Notes: a model not told the origin generated them from the sequence alone. Positions 27,909 through 41,465 are shown, counted from the first letter of the stretch. The stretch is 64,000 nt of DNA from Bacteroidia bacterium (GCA_965279035.1 OZ257142.1:832001-896000), one strand, 5' to 3'. Made by a program: numbers and translations.

Positions 27909-29858
27909 TTATTCCCGAATATGTTTCTGAAATAATTCTTCCAATTCTTGATCTGTTAAATTGTTAACGGTATAAAGCGAGTCTCCATCGGCAAAAAAAC
28001 TAGCATTAATTTTTCTTGAAAAAGAAGTTAAGCTTGCTCCTGTTAATTCTTGATTTGAATTTTTGAGATAGTAATACAATTCATTCTGCTTTATAAGGTA
28101 TTGATCTACTGAGTTTAACTTGTTCTCAGGTTGAATGAAATAGGATATGTCAATGTTTATAGCATCTTTATAATTAGGAAGCAATTGAAGATAAAAATGG
28201 CTATTTCGATAATAAGAATCAAGAAAAGAAATGTTTGTTTTTTCAAGTCCACTTGCTTTATAAAGGCCTATGATCGGACCTTTATTACATTCTGAAATAG
28301 CATTTAAATTCTTATTTTTCAAGGATGCACTAAGCTGATTATAAGGTGCATTTGATTTTTTTTCATGTGTTAAATTGAAGTACGAATGCCATATTCCAAA
28401 AAGAATAAGTAGAACAGGTATGGTAATTTTATGGGTTGATGTAGGAGAGGATTCATAAAGTGCTTTACTAATTTCAAAAGCAATGAGCAGAATTAATATT
28501 GGAATTGAATTATAAAAAAATTGACCATTATCAAGAATCCCAACACTCAATCCAACAGCCATTAAGCCTCCAAGCATGGAAGAAATCATCACGATACTAC
28601 TAGTGAGAAGTGTCTTTATTTTATGAAATCGTAAATAAATGAGAATCCCCAAATAAGGCAGGAAAAACAGGAAAAATCTTAGTCCGGAAAAAAATGCTGA
28701 AAAGAAAAATGTTTTAAAAAGTGCAATAGTAGGCTGATGAATTAACCTGGAAATGAGTGCTGTATCTGATAATGTATTATTGAGTTCACTTAAGCCATTC
28801 AACGAATAGTAAATTCCAATAAAGCCAATGATTAATACTTGGTTTGTATAAATAGGAATTAGATTCTTCCATCCAATTTTTTTAGAAAACACTAAATAGA
28901 TAGGAAATAAAACTTCAATAGCACAAACCGATGGAAGGCAACCGATTGAAAAGATAGGAATGATGGATAATAAAAGCAGGAATTCAACATATTTTTCCTT
29001 TTGATAATAGTAGAATATTGAAATAGCAGCAATGAGATAAATTAAAACATATTTTTTCCCAAACGTCATAAAGAACCCCGTTTGAGTAATACCATCGAAA
29101 TATTTCAATAATTCAGAAGAGTTATAAAATGGAAAATAAAATCCTGAAATTGTTAGAATTGATACTGCGATGAGTGCTGTTCGAAATCGAAATAATTGCT
29201 TGCTTTCTCCAACGGATAAAAGGAAAATGGAAGAACAAGTAATGGCTTTGAGTAAAGGAAATGTAGAAAATAATAGAAGCTTAACAGAAGATGCTCCAGT
29301 CATTTTAACAAGAATTCCGTTCACCCATAATTCTGGATAATGATAAGGTTGTCGAACTCCTGTTGCATTTTCAATCAATTGGTTTAATAGGAAGAGTCTA
29401 TTTTCTGCGCCATATTCAACCATGTATTTTGACAATTTTCCATAATACAGGAAATCAAAATGTGGAACATCAGTTATAATCCCCAATTCAGAATTGTAAT
29501 ATTTAATAAATTCTAAAAAAGAAAAAAGCACAGTAATTCCCCAAACAGCAAGAGTTTTAAGGAGAATAGGTTTAATAGGGAATCCTGAAAATGAAGGTGA
29601 AAATTGAATGCGATATTTTGAATGAATACCAATGATTAATAATGGGATGAATAAACCGAGTAAAACAGTATTGCCAATAGTAAAAACCAGCGCAATTGCT
29701 GTAATTGTAAAAAGTGTTCCCCAAAAGATTTTTCTAGCAAATAAACTTGACTTATTCGTTTCGTTTTGATTGAAATCTTGAATAATGATTGATCCAAAGA
29801 CAATGATTATCAAAAGTAAAATCGCACTATATGCTTGATAAACAATAAAATCTAACAT
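27909..29858 (-). CDS. Large multi-pass membrane protein, probable GT-C lipid-linked-sugar glycosyltransferase
   Basis: Many hydrophobic segments, an early extracytoplasmic loop with D..YY and PYHYPELW, and a hydrophilic C-terminal tail. Divergent from the vioA/gtrB-like genes. Confidence 0.55.
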   Translation of the reverse strand: MLDFIVYQAYSAILLLIIIVFGSIIIQDFNQNETNKSSLFARKIFWGTLFTITAIALVFTIGNTVLLGLFIPLLIIGIHSKYRIQFSPSFSGFPIKPILLKTLAVWGITVLFSFLEFIKYYNSELGIITDVPHFDFLYYGKLSKYMVEYGAENRLFLLNQLIENATGVRQPYHYPELWVNGILVKMTGASSVKLLLFSTFPLLKAITCSSIFLLSVGESKQLFRFRTALIAVSILTISGFYFPFYNSSELLKYFDGITQTGFFMTFGKKYVLIYLIAAISIFYYYQKEKYVEFLLLLSIIPIFSIGCLPSVCAIEVLFPIYLVFSKKIGWKNLIPIYTNQVLIIGFIGIYYSLNGLSELNNTLSDTALISRLIHQPTIALFKTFFFSAFFSGLRFFLFFLPYLGILIYLRFHKIKTLLTSSIVMISSMLGGLMAVGLSVGILDNGQFFYNSIPILILLIAFEISKALYESSPTSTHKITIPVLLILFGIWHSYFNLTHEKKSNAPYNQLSASLKNKNLNAISECNKGPIIGLYKASGLEKTNISFLDSYYRNSHFYLQLLPNYKDAINIDISYFIQPENKLNSVDQYLIKQNELYYYLKNSNQELTGASLTSFSRKINASFFADGDSLYTVNNLTDQELEELFQKHIRE

Positions 29859-29887
29859 TTTATTTATTCAGATGCTTGTTATTTGCT

Positions 29888-29895
29888 CAAAAATA
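29888..29895 (-). promoter_or_regulatory. Sigma-A -7 element TATTTTTG for the GT-C gene
   Basis: TAnnTTTG 29 nt upstream of the ATG at 29858. The context is AT-rich, so a chance match is possible. Confidence 0.45.
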
Positions 29896-30147
29896 AACTT
29901 TTATCAGTTCTAATTCTTCGAAGAATCCTTAGCATTTTTCATATCTAAGCACTATTTATATTGAATCCTATATCAAATAATATCTAATGCATTAAAATAT
30001 GTGCGAACTATAATATCACTATAAAAAGCATTATCACTCTTGTAATTTCTTTTTAAATTAATTTCTTCCAAAAAAGAATTTCTAATCTAATTTGATCCGC
30101 ATGTGAATATTCTAAATTCAAATAAATCTCTGCGATTCCAATGAATA

Positions 30148-30177
30148 TTGAAACAAGCAGAGAAGATTATATATTTG
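30148..30177 (+). promoter_or_regulatory. Sigma-A promoter TTG-N19-TATATTTG for the vioA-like operon
   Basis: TTG at 30148-30150, a 19-nt spacer, and TATATTTG at 30170-30177. Confidence 0.75.
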
Positions 30178-30208
30178 TGCATCATTGACTAATTCATCCT
30201 TTTCATTA

Positions 30209-31291
30209 ATGATTAATGTTACTAAGTCATTCCTGCCAGATTTGGAGGAATATGTAAGCTATCTGAAAGGTATTTGGGAACGTGGCCATTTAACGAATCA
30301 CGGTCCACTAGTCAACGAATTGGAAAAAAAAATTCGCGAATATTTAGGTGTTAAACATTTTTATTTCGTTAATAACGGAACTATTGCACTTCAAATAGCC
30401 ATCAAAGCGGCAGACCTTCGTGGAGATATTATCACAACACCATTTTCCTATGTAGCTACTACTAGTTGTATCGTTTGGGAGAATTGCAATCCAGTTTTTG
30501 CTGATATTGATGCCAATACCTTAACCGTTACAGCCGAAACCATTGAACGTGTTATTACTCCACAAACAACAGGTATTCTTGTTACGCATGTTTATGGAAA
30601 TCCTTGTCCGGTTGAAGAAATAAATGAACTTGCGAAGAAGCACGGATTGAAAGTAATTTATGATGCGGCTCATGCTTTTGGTGTTCAGTATAAAAATACA
30701 TCTGTTCTCAATTTTGGTGATATTTCAACATTGAGTTTTCATGCGACTAAGTTGTTTCATACAATTGAAGGAGGCGGTATTGTAACAAATGATGATGAAC
30801 TGGCACATCGTATTAGTTACATGCGCAATTTTGGTCATAATGGGCCGGAGGCTTTTTTTGGTGTTGGAGTCAATGGAAAAAGTTCAGAATTCCAAGCTGC
30901 AATGGGCTTGTGTTTATTGCCAAAGATTGAGCAAATTATTCAAGCTAGAAAAACGCTTTCGGAACAGTATGTTGAAAATCTGAAGGATTTGCCAATCCAA
31001 TTTCTACAAAAGCAAGACGGTGTAACAAAATACAATTATGCCTATTTCCCAATTGTTTTTAAGTCAGAAGAAATTGTCTTAAAAATTATTGCTGCATTAA
31101 ATCAAAATGAAGTTGTTCCAAGAAGATATTTTTATCCTTCACTCAATACATTGAATTACGTTACAAATAATTTGAAGGATGATGTGGCAACAGAGATTTC
31201 TAAACGAGTGCTCTGCTTGCCTTTATATCCCGAATTAACTGAAGAGCAAATTATTTTCATTTCAACTATTATTCGTTCCCAATTATGTTAA
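30209..31291 (+). CDS. DegT/DnrJ-family sugar aminotransferase, VioA-like (NDP-4-amino-4,6-dideoxyglucose)
   Basis: LP.LEEY..YL..IW....LTN.GP, IYDAAHAFGV, LSFHATKLFHT.EGG and RRYFYP match the VioA subfamily. ATG at 30209. Confidence 0.85.
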   Translation: MINVTKSFLPDLEEYVSYLKGIWERGHLTNHGPLVNELEKKIREYLGVKHFYFVNNGTIALQIAIKAADLRGDIITTPFSYVATTSCIVWENCNPVFADIDANTLTVTAETIERVITPQTTGILVTHVYGNPCPVEEINELAKKHGLKVIYDAAHAFGVQYKNTSVLNFGDISTLSFHATKLFHTIEGGGIVTNDDELAHRISYMRNFGHNGPEAFFGVGVNGKSSEFQAAMGLCLLPKIEQIIQARKTLSEQYVENLKDLPIQFLQKQDGVTKYNYAYFPIVFKSEEIVLKIIAALNQNEVVPRRYFYPSLNTLNYVTNNLKDDVATEISKRVLCLPLYPELTEEQIIFISTIIRSQLC

Positions 31292-31902
31292 TTGTTGGAG
31301 CAGGCGGATTTGCGAAGCAGCTTCTTCCTGTTATCGAACACTTAGGACTAAGTGATCAAGTAACATTCTATGATGATTATAGTAATGATACTTCTTCCTT
31401 AATTTCAAGAAATTTTCATGTAATACGGAACGAGGAACAATTAAGAAATTATTTTTCTAAAGGTGATTTCCGTTTTGTAAATGCACTTGGAGGACCTTCA
31501 AAACGCTATGAAATTCATCAAAAAATTGTGGCACTAGGAGGTATTCCAACAAATTTGATTGATCCCAATACTCGAATTTCACAATACGAAGTTAAGATTG
31601 GGATTGGTTGCTGTATTTTGCAAGATGTGATTATTGAACCTTGCGCTCAATTGGGTGATGGCTGTTTGATTAATCTAAAATCAATGATTACACATGATAC
31701 AATCATTGGGAACTTCACTGAAATTTCACCTGGAGTAACTTTATTGGGCGCTTCAAAGATTGGCAATTTTGTTTTTATTGGAGCTGGTGCGATTGTATTA
31801 CCCAAGATTGAAATTGGTGATCATTGTGTGATTGGTGCTGGTGCTGTTGTAAACCGTTCTGTACCTTCGGGGCATCGTGTAGTTGGTGTTCCTGCTCGTT
31901 AA
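31285..31902 (+). CDS. NeuD/PglD/VioB-family hexapeptide sugar acetyltransferase
   Basis: N-terminal IVGAGGFA, ITHD catalytic His, hexapeptide repeats, and C-terminal VVGVPAR. Confidence 0.88.
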   Translation: MLIVGAGGFAKQLLPVIEHLGLSDQVTFYDDYSNDTSSLISRNFHVIRNEEQLRNYFSKGDFRFVNALGGPSKRYEIHQKIVALGGIPTNLIDPNTRISQYEVKIGIGCCILQDVIIEPCAQLGDGCLINLKSMITHDTIIGNFTEISPGVTLLGASKIGNFVFIGAGAIVLPKIEIGDHCVIGAGAVVNRSVPSGHRVVGVPAR

Positions 31903-31911
31903 TTTTTAAAT

Positions 31912-32853
31912 ATGCGTTTACTCTCTTTTATACTTCCCGTTTTTCGAAACAAAGGTTCAATTAGTATCACATGCGAGAAAATTTCTGAGTTAATGAGGGA
32001 ATCTCATTCTGATCTTGACTTTGAGATTATTCTGATTAATGATGGTTCTGATGATGGGTCATGGGAGGAAATAAATCAAGTATGTGAGTTAAATACGAGC
32101 ACTAAAGCACTCTCTTTTTCAAGAAATTTCGGACAAGTTCCCGCGATTATTGCTGGTGCTCAATATTGTAAAGGAGATGCAGCCATCATTATGTCTGCCG
32201 ATTTACAAGATCCAGTAAGCTTAATTTCTGACATGATTGCTGCTTGGAAGGAGTCTAGCCAGATTGCAGTATGTTATCGTATGGATAGAGAAGATTCGGC
32301 ACTTGCCAATTTAACATCAGCCGTGTTTTATCGGTTTATGAAAATTGCTAATCCGATGATGCCAAAAGGGGGGTTTGATTTTGTTTTACTTGATAGAGCG
32401 GCTATCGATGTTTTTGCAGCCATCGATGAACGTAATCGTTTCTTTCAAGGGGATATTTTGTGGATGGGATTTAATATTCGCTTTATTCCCTATAAAAGAA
32501 TAAAACGGACCATCGGAAAATCACAATGGAGTTTTGGAAAGAAATTAAAATACTTTATTGATGGGGCATTGAATACTTCCTATATGCCTATTCGGTTTAT
32601 GTCAATCGTTGGGATTAGTATCGCTTTTATAGGATTTATCTACGCCTTAGTTGTCATTTATGCGAGAATGATAAATCAAATTCCGTTTAAAGGATACGCT
32701 CCGATTGTCATCTTAATTCTAGTAATCGGTGGAATGATTATGATCATGTTGGGAATCATCGGCGAATACCTATGGCGGATTTACGATGAAACTAGGAAAA
32801 GGCCTATTTACATTGTAAAGGAAAAGGCCGGTAATTGGGAAGATTCGAAATAA
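31912..32853 (+). CDS. GtrB/ArnC-like polyprenyl-phosphate glycosyltransferase (GT2 with two C-terminal TMs)
   Basis: INDGSDD, SRNFGQ, MSADLQDP, two TM helices, and GIIGEYLWRIY....RPIY. Confidence 0.9.
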   Translation: MRLLSFILPVFRNKGSISITCEKISELMRESHSDLDFEIILINDGSDDGSWEEINQVCELNTSTKALSFSRNFGQVPAIIAGAQYCKGDAAIIMSADLQDPVSLISDMIAAWKESSQIAVCYRMDREDSALANLTSAVFYRFMKIANPMMPKGGFDFVLLDRAAIDVFAAIDERNRFFQGDILWMGFNIRFIPYKRIKRTIGKSQWSFGKKLKYFIDGALNTSYMPIRFMSIVGISIAFIGFIYALVVIYARMINQIPFKGYAPIVILILVIGGMIMIMLGIIGEYLWRIYDETRKRPIYIVKEKAGNWEDSK

Positions 32854-32868
32854 TCAATCTCTATAAAT

Positions 32869-32906
32869 AAAACAGTCGTAATCTCTCATGAAATTACGTC
32901 TGTTTT
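32869..32906. terminator. Probable bidirectional terminator between the convergent gtrB-like gene and eno
   Basis: AAAACAG-t-CGTAAT ... ATTACG-t-CTGTTTT imperfect inverted repeat. Confidence 0.55.
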
Positions 32907-32945
32907 TATAAGGACTTGACTCGATTTCAGGATAGAATAGGTTTT

Positions 32946-35377
<2,432 letters not shown>

Positions 35378-35395
35378 TTTACGAGGCACAAGTTC

Positions 35396-35431
35396 AAAAA
35401 AAAAGGATAAAACCAATTGGCCTTATCCTTT
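35396..35431 (-). terminator. Intrinsic terminator of the alpha operon (after rplQ)
   Basis: AAAGGAUAAGGCC-AAUU-GGUUUUAUCCUUU followed by a U-run. Confidence 0.85.
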
Positions 35432-35456
35432 CAAAATGTTCACAATGTTGAAGTCA

Positions 35457-35951
35457 TCATTCAGCAGCTGTTTCTTCTGATTCAGAACTAGTTTCTGCTA
35501 CAGGCGCTGCTGGAGCATCTGCTTTTTTCTTAGCTGCTCCACTACGACGAGTTTTTTTCTCAACTTTTGCTTTCGCAGTTTTTTGAAGATTCTCGTTATA
35601 GTCTACTAATTCAATCATTGCCATCTCAGCATTATCTCCTAAACGATTGCCAAGTTTGATGATTCGAGTATATCCACCTGGACGATCAGCAATTTTTACT
35701 GATACATCGCGGAATAATTCAGCAACAGCATGCTTGTCTTTTAGGTAAGCAAATACAGTACGACGGCTATGTGTTGTATCTTCTTTCGATTTTGTAATCA
35801 AAGGTTCTACATAAACACGAAGTGCTTTCGCTTTTGCAAGCGTTGTATTGATCCGCTTGTGAAGAATCAATGAACTGGCAATATTTGCCATCATCGCCTT
35901 CCGATGTGGAGCGGTGCGACCTAGGTGATTTAATTTTTTACCGTGTCTCAT
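35457..35951 (-). CDS. rplQ: 50S ribosomal protein L17
   Basis: MRHGKK..HLGR and [10 protein letters not shown]. Ala/Glu-rich tail. Confidence 0.98.
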   Translation of the reverse strand: MRHGKKLNHLGRTAPHRKAMMANIASSLILHKRINTTLAKAKALRVYVEPLITKSKEDTTHSRRTVFAYLKDKHAVAELFRDVSVKIADRPGGYTRIIKLGNRLGDNAEMAMIELVDYNENLQKTAKAKVEKKTRRSGAAKKKADAPAAPVAETSSESEETAAE

Positions 35952-35988
35952 GATGCAATGTAATGTTCTTTAGCCTCTAGGGCTGTTT

Positions 35989-36981
35989 TTAGTCTTTGTC
36001 GAGTTTGTATTTGGCCAAATTCATTCCGAAGTTCAATTGTTTGCTCTGAACTAATTCTTCAAGCTCAGTCAAAGACTTCTTACCAAAATTGCGGAATTTC
36101 AATAGGTCATTTTTGTTGTATGATACGAGATCTGCAATTGTATCTACATCAGCTGCTTTAAGGCAGTTTAATGCACGTACACTTAAATCCATATCAACTA
36201 AACGAGTTTTCAAAAGTTGACGCATATGAAGAATGTCTTCATCGAATTCTTCAGTCGTTACTTTCTCTTCTACATCTTCTGTAATTTTCTCATCAGAGAA
36301 CAACATGAAATGCTGAATCAAAATCTTAGCTGCTTCTTTCAAAGCATCTTTAGGATGGATTGATCCATCACTAGTGATTTCAATAATCAATTTCTCGTAA
36401 TCCGTTTTTTGCTCTACACGGTAATTTTCAACTGAATATTTTACATTCCGAATTGGAGTATAAATAGAGTCGATTGGAATTAAACCGATTTGTTGTGTAG
36501 CTGGACGGTTTTCCTCTGCAGGAACGTATCCACGTCCTTTGTCAATGGTAATTTCCATTTTCAAATTCACCGATGGATCCATATTGCAAATCACAAAATC
36601 GTGATTTAAAACTTGGAAAGAAGAAGTGAATTTACCAATATCACCAGCAGTAAGTTGGCTCTGTCCATTAAGACTGATAACCACTTTTTCATGCTCAGTG
36701 CTATCGATTTGACGTTTAAATCGAACTTGTTTGAGGTTTAGAATGATCTCAGTAACATCTTCTACAACACCTTTGATAGTGGAGAACTCATGTTCAACGC
36801 CTTCAATTTTTATTGAAGTGATTGCGAATCCTTCTAAGGAAGAAAGTAGAATTCGACGGAGTGCATTCCCAACTGTAATTCCATACCCTGGTTCTAGTGG
36901 TCTGAACTCAAACTGACCATGTTGATCAGTCGATGAGATCATGATTACTTTGTCGGGACGTTGAAAAGCCAGTATTGCCAT
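35989..36981 (-). CDS. rpoA: RNA polymerase alpha subunit
   Basis: [30 protein letters not shown] and RNFGKKSL. Confidence 0.98.
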   Translation of the reverse strand: MAILAFQRPDKVIMISSTDQHGQFEFRPLEPGYGITVGNALRRILLSSLEGFAITSIKIEGVEHEFSTIKGVVEDVTEIILNLKQVRFKRQIDSTEHEKVVISLNGQSQLTAGDIGKFTSSFQVLNHDFVICNMDPSVNLKMEITIDKGRGYVPAEENRPATQQIGLIPIDSIYTPIRNVKYSVENYRVEQKTDYEKLIIEITSDGSIHPKDALKEAAKILIQHFMLFSDEKITEDVEEKVTTEEFDEDILHMRQLLKTRLVDMDLSVRALNCLKAADVDTIADLVSYNKNDLLKFRNFGKKSLTELEELVQSKQLNFGMNLAKYKLDKD

Positions 36982-37024
36982 AGTATTCTTGGTTTGAAAT
37001 ATGAGGTTAAGGTCTTGTAACGAA

Positions 37025-37630
37025 TTATTTCGAGTACAATTCCACGATCAGTTGTTCCTTAATGTTTTCAGGAATCAGTTCACGTTCCGGATAATTTAGA
37101 AACGTACCACTGAGTGATGAAGCATTAAATTCCAACCAGGAATATTTATTAGTGTGACCTGAAAGTGCATTTACAATGACTTCCATAGATTTAGATTTTT
37201 CACGAACAGCGATTTTGTCACCAGCCTTCAATGTATAGGAAGGAATATTTACGACAGAACCATTCACAGTAATATGACGGTGAGAAACCAATTGGCGAGC
37301 TCCTGAACGAGTTGCTGATAAACCCATGCGGTAAACTACATTATCTAAACGTGCTTCAATTAACTTAAGAAGCATCTCACCTGTAACACCTTGTGCACGG
37401 CTTGCGCGATCAAAAATCAAAGCAAACTGCTTTTCTAGGATACCATAAGTATACTTTGCTTTTTGCTTTTCTTGAAGCTGAACTCCATATTCAGAAACTT
37501 TTTGACGTTTCTTAGAATTACCATGTTGTCCTGGAGGATAATTCTTTTTAGTTAGCACCTTATCCGGCCCAAAAATGGGTTCACGGAACTTACGTGCAAT
37601 CTTTGACTTAGGGCCTATATATCTTGCCAT
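37025..37630 (-). CDS. rpsD: 30S ribosomal protein S4
   Basis: MARYIGP, PPGQHG and [10 protein letters not shown]. Confidence 0.98.
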   Translation of the reverse strand: MARYIGPKSKIARKFREPIFGPDKVLTKKNYPPGQHGNSKKRQKVSEYGVQLQEKQKAKYTYGILEKQFALIFDRASRAQGVTGEMLLKLIEARLDNVVYRMGLSATRSGARQLVSHRHITVNGSVVNIPSYTLKAGDKIAVREKSKSMEVIVNALSGHTNKYSWLEFNASSLSGTFLNYPERELIPENIKEQLIVELYSK

Positions 37631-37655
37631 GAGGTTGTAATGTTAAAATGAATGA

Positions 37656-38045
37656 TTAAACGCGGCGGCGTTTAGGTGGACGGCAACCATTGTGTGGTAC
37701 CGGTGTTACGTCAACAATCTCGCTAACTTCAATACCGCTATTGTGTATCGTTCTGATTGCAGATTCACGACCACCACCTGGTCCTTTAACAAACACCTTC
37801 ACTTTACGTAATCCTAAATCATAAGCAACTTTGGAGCAGTCTCCTGCTGCCATTTGCCCTGCATAGGGTGTGTTTTTTTTAGATCCGCGAAATCCCATCT
37901 TGCCAGCAGAACTCCAGGAAATTACTTGTCCTGTTGTGTTGGTGAGGGAAACAATAATATTGTTAAATGTAGCATTGATGTGAGCATGACCCACTGCTTC
38001 TACTTTAACAACACGCTTCTTGGTTGTTTTGGTTGTTTTAGCCAT
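37656..38045 (-). CDS. rpsK: 30S ribosomal protein S11
   Basis: [12 protein letters not shown] and [18 protein letters not shown]. Confidence 0.98.
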   Translation of the reverse strand: MAKTTKTTKKRVVKVEAVGHAHINATFNNIIVSLTNTTGQVISWSSAGKMGFRGSKKNTPYAGQMAAGDCSKVAYDLGLRKVKVFVKGPGGGRESAIRTIHNSGIEVSEIVDVTPVPHNGCRPPKRRRV

Positions 38046-38083
38046 TTCTTAATGGATTCTTCGTTTTATTCGGTTAAAAAGAA

Positions 38084-38461
38084 TTATTTAGTTACCTTTT
38101 TCTTATTGGCAACTGTTTTCTTCTTCCCTTTCCGGGTACGAGCATTATTTTTTGTTGTTTGTCCGCGTACAGGTAATCCTGAACGATGACGAATACCGCG
38201 GTAAGATCCGATATCCATAAGTCGCTTAATATTGAGTTGAACTTCTGATCGAAGTGCTCCTTCTACTTTAAACGTATTATTGATGATATCACGAATCTTT
38301 CCTAGTTCATCGTCATTCCATTCCGATACTTTTTTATCGAATGAAATCCCCGCTTCATTAAGGATTCTCTGTGCTGTAGAGCGACCAATCCCAAAAATAT
38401 AGGTTAGTCCGATTTCTCCACGCTTATTTTTAGGAAGGTCAATTCCGGAAATACGAGCCAT
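38084..38461 (-). CDS. rpsM: 30S ribosomal protein S13
   Basis: [10 protein letters not shown] and [23 protein letters not shown]. Confidence 0.98.
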   Translation of the reverse strand: MARISGIDLPKNKRGEIGLTYIFGIGRSTAQRILNEAGISFDKKVSEWNDDELGKIRDIINNTFKVEGALRSEVQLNIKRLMDIGSYRGIRHRSGLPVRGQTTKNNARTRKGKKKTVANKKKVTK

Positions 38462-38480
38462 GTTTTATGCTGTTTGGTGC

Positions 38481-38597
38481 TTATCCTTGACGTTGTTTGA
38501 ACTTTGGATTCTTTTTGTTTATAACATAAAGTCTCCCTTTGCGGCGTACAATCTTGCAGTCCACACTCCGTTTTTTGATGGAGGTTTTTACTTTCAT
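38481..38597 (-). CDS. rpmJ: 50S ribosomal protein L36 (C-minus, zinc-independent type)
   Basis: Below the ORF-track cutoff. Translates to [38 protein letters not shown], between infA and rpsM. Confidence 0.96.
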   Translation of the reverse strand: MKVKTSIKKRSVDCKIVRRKGRLYVINKKNPKFKQRQG

Positions 38598-38604
38598 TGT
38601 GTTA

Positions 38605-38823
38605 TTATTTGTAGCGATAAGTTATTCGACCTTTTGACAGATCGTATGGAGACATCTCCACTTTTACCTTATCACCGGGTAAAATCTTGATATAGTGCAT
38701 ACGCATCTTTCCAGATATGTGTGCTATGATGACGTGCTCGTTCTCCAGTTCCACTCGGAACATTGCATTAGACAATGCTTCGATAATGGTTCCGTCTTGT
38801 TCGATGGAGGACTGTTTTGACAC
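38605..38823 (-). CDS. infA: Translation initiation factor IF-1
   Basis: [25 protein letters not shown] and [13 protein letters not shown] start. Confidence 0.98.
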   Translation of the reverse strand: MSKQSSIEQDGTIIEALSNAMFRVELENEHVIIAHISGKMRMHYIKILPGDKVKVEMSPYDLSKGRITYRYK

Positions 38824-38845
38824 GCTTGTCTTTCTTTTTTATTCG

Positions 38846-39637
38846 TTATACAATCAATTCATTTCGTTCTTTCAGAACTTCTTCCACAAACTCAAAAGAG
38901 GAAAGAATATCTGCTTTGCCTTTTTGTATCGCAATCGTATGTTCAAAATGAGCAGAAGGCTTATTATCAGCGGTGCGAATGGTCCAACCATCTTTACCAT
39001 GAATAACATTCTTTTTCCCCATATTGATCATAGGTTCAATTGCTATCACTAATCCTTCGAGAAGTTTAATTCCCGATCCTCGTTTTCCAAAATTTGGAAC
39101 TTCCGGTGATTCGTGAAGATTTCTACCAATTCCATGACCTACTAATTCACGAACAACTGAATATCCATGCTTTTCACAGTAGGTTTGAATTTCGTAGCTG
39201 ATATCATGAAGACGTTTTCCGGGAAGCGCTACTCCAATTCCTCGAAGTAAGCTTTCTTTTGTAACGCTCATTAATTGCTTTTTTTCTTCTGAAACTTCAC
39301 CAACACCAAATGTATAGGCAGAGTCTCCGAAGAAACCGTTTTTTAAAGCACCACAATCAACCGATATTATATCGCCTGATTCATATGGCCGATTATCTGG
39401 TATTCCATGAACAACTTGTTCATTTGGAGAAATACACAGAGAATTTGGAAATCCACCATATCCTTTAAAAGCCGGAATACCTCCATGATCACGGATGTAT
39501 TCTTCAGCAATTTTATCCAGCTGCAAACTGGTAACCCCGGGGCTGATGATTTTAGCAACTTCCGCCAGGGTGCGGGCAACAAGTAAAGAACTAACTCTTA
39601 TGCATTCAATTTCTTCAGCGGTCTTGTAATAGATCAT
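38846..39637 (-). CDS. map: Methionine aminopeptidase type I
   Basis: VVHGIP, GDSAYT, GHGIG..LHE, AIEPM and SAHFEHT. Confidence 0.97.
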   Translation of the reverse strand: MIYYKTAEEIECIRVSSLLVARTLAEVAKIISPGVTSLQLDKIAEEYIRDHGGIPAFKGYGGFPNSLCISPNEQVVHGIPDNRPYESGDIISVDCGALKNGFFGDSAYTFGVGEVSEEKKQLMSVTKESLLRGIGVALPGKRLHDISYEIQTYCEKHGYSVVRELVGHGIGRNLHESPEVPNFGKRGSGIKLLEGLVIAIEPMINMGKKNVIHGKDGWTIRTADNKPSAHFEHTIAIQKGKADILSSFEFVEEVLKERNELIV

Positions 39638-39647
39638 CTAAAGAAGT

Positions 39648-41000
39648 TTAGCTTGCCATACTCACAGGAGAAGTGGCATTTGCACGCCCCTTAATTCTTC
39701 CACTCTTCATCAAACCATCATATTGACGCATCAATAAATGACTTTCAATTTGTTGAAGAGTATCTAAAACTACCCCTACTAGAATTAGTAGTGAGGTACC
39801 TCCGTAAAATTGTGCGAATTTATTTGTAACTCCTATCATCATTGCCATTGCTGGCAAAATTGCCACAACTGCTAAGAAAATAGCGCCTGGCAGAGTAATT
39901 CTTGACATGATATTATCAATGAATTCTGCTGTTTGACGACCTGGTTGAATTCCTGGAACAAAACCTCCGTTTCGTTTCATTTCTTCAGCCATGTTTTTAG
40001 GATTTACAGTAATAGCTGTATAGAAATAAGTGAAAAGAATAATCATTACAGCAAATGTGAAATTGTACCAGAATCCCGTTACGTTAGAAAATGTTGCCAT
40101 TATTCCTTGTAATGATTCAATTCCAGCATAACCAACAATCGTAATTGGAATAAACATGATTGCCTGAGCAAAGATAATTGGCATTACACCAGCTGCATTT
40201 ACTCTAAGTGGGATGTATTGTCTCGCTCCACCAACTTGTTTATTACCTTGAATTCTCTTTGCTACTTGTACTGGAATTCTACGAACCCCTTGCACAAGCA
40301 TGATTGACATGATAACAATGAATAATAGAATAACAAGTTCAAGTAGGAACATTACCATTCCACCACCTTGTTGTTCTACGCGAGATCCAAATTCAGCAAC
40401 GATTGCAGCTGGTAGATTCGCAATAATTCCAACCATGATGATTAGTGAAATTCCATTCCCAATACCACGATCGGTAATTCTTTCACCTAGCCACATAATG
40501 AACATTGTTCCAGCAACTAAAATGATTGTTGATGATATCCAAAAATAGGCTGTATGATCAGAGATAGCATTTACCCCTAACTGTTGATTCAAATTTGCTA
40601 AATATCCCGGAGCTTGAAATGCTGTAATTACAACGGTTAGGTACCGAGTAAATTGATTCATTTTCTTTCTTCCACTTTCCCCTTCTTTCTGCATTTTCTG
40701 GAAATAAGGAACTGCAATTGTTAAAAGTTGAATAACAATGGAAGCAGAAATATAAGGCATGATACCAAGAGCGAAAATGGAAGCATTCGAAAACGCTCCA
40801 CCTGAAAACATATTGAGTAATCCAAGAATACCTTCAGATGTTTGTTGCTTTAAGGCACCAAGTGCATTGGGATCAACACCGGGCAATACCACGAACGAGC
40901 CCAGACGATAAATGAGCAAGAATAGCAGCGTATTACCAATTTTGGTACGAAGCTCTTCGACTTTATAAATGTTCTTTATGGTATTGATCAGGTTCTTCAT
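39648..41000 (-). CDS. secY: Preprotein translocase SecY
   Basis: SIFALGIMPYISASI, GIGNGISL, AGVMPIIFA and GGTSLLI. Confidence 0.98.
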   Translation of the reverse strand: MKNLINTIKNIYKVEELRTKIGNTLLFLLIYRLGSFVVLPGVDPNALGALKQQTSEGILGLLNMFSGGAFSNASIFALGIMPYISASIVIQLLTIAVPYFQKMQKEGESGRKKMNQFTRYLTVVITAFQAPGYLANLNQQLGVNAISDHTAYFWISSTIILVAGTMFIMWLGERITDRGIGNGISLIIMVGIIANLPAAIVAEFGSRVEQQGGGMVMFLLELVILLFIVIMSIMLVQGVRRIPVQVAKRIQGNKQVGGARQYIPLRVNAAGVMPIIFAQAIMFIPITIVGYAGIESLQGIMATFSNVTGFWYNFTFAVMIILFTYFYTAITVNPKNMAEEMKRNGGFVPGIQPGRQTAEFIDNIMSRITLPGAIFLAVVAILPAMAMMIGVTNKFAQFYGGTSLLILVGVVLDTLQQIESHLLMRQYDGLMKSGRIKGRANATSPVSMAS

Positions 41001-41449
41001 CAGGCAATTGTTGTAGCGCTGCCGCCCAGTGATTCAATCGCAGTCTTTGCAGCTGCAGTGTATGCATGAACTGTAATTGCAAGTTTTGCAGTTAGTTCAC
41101 CTCTTCCTAAAATCTTTATGCGATCATTTTTAGACGCAAGTCCATTCTCTTGAAGAGTATCAAATGTAATCGCATCAATTTTCTTGGCTTCAGCTAATTT
41201 TTGAAGCGTATCTAGATTGATACCGCGGTATTCAACTCGGTTAATGTTCTTAAAACCAAATTTAGGAACACGACGTTGAAGTGGCATTTGACCTCCTTCA
41301 AAACCTACTTTGCTTGAATAACCTGAACGTGATTTCGCTCCTTTATGACCGCGGGTAGATGTACCACCACGACCAGAGCCTTGTCCACGACCAATGCGTT
41401 TGCTGCTTTTTACTGAGCCTGATGCCGGCTTAAGATTACTGAGGTTCAT
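41000..41449 (-). CDS. rplO: 50S ribosomal protein L15
   Basis: RIGRGQGSG.G and GFEGGQMPL.RR.PKFGF. Confidence 0.98.
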   Translation of the reverse strand: MNLSNLKPASGSVKSSKRIGRGQGSGRGGTSTRGHKGAKSRSGYSSKVGFEGGQMPLQRRVPKFGFKNINRVEYRGINLDTLQKLAEAKKIDAITFDTLQENGLASKNDRIKILGRGELTAKLAITVHAYTAAAKTAIESLGGSATTIA

Positions 41450-41465
41450 TTCTAAACGCTTTATT

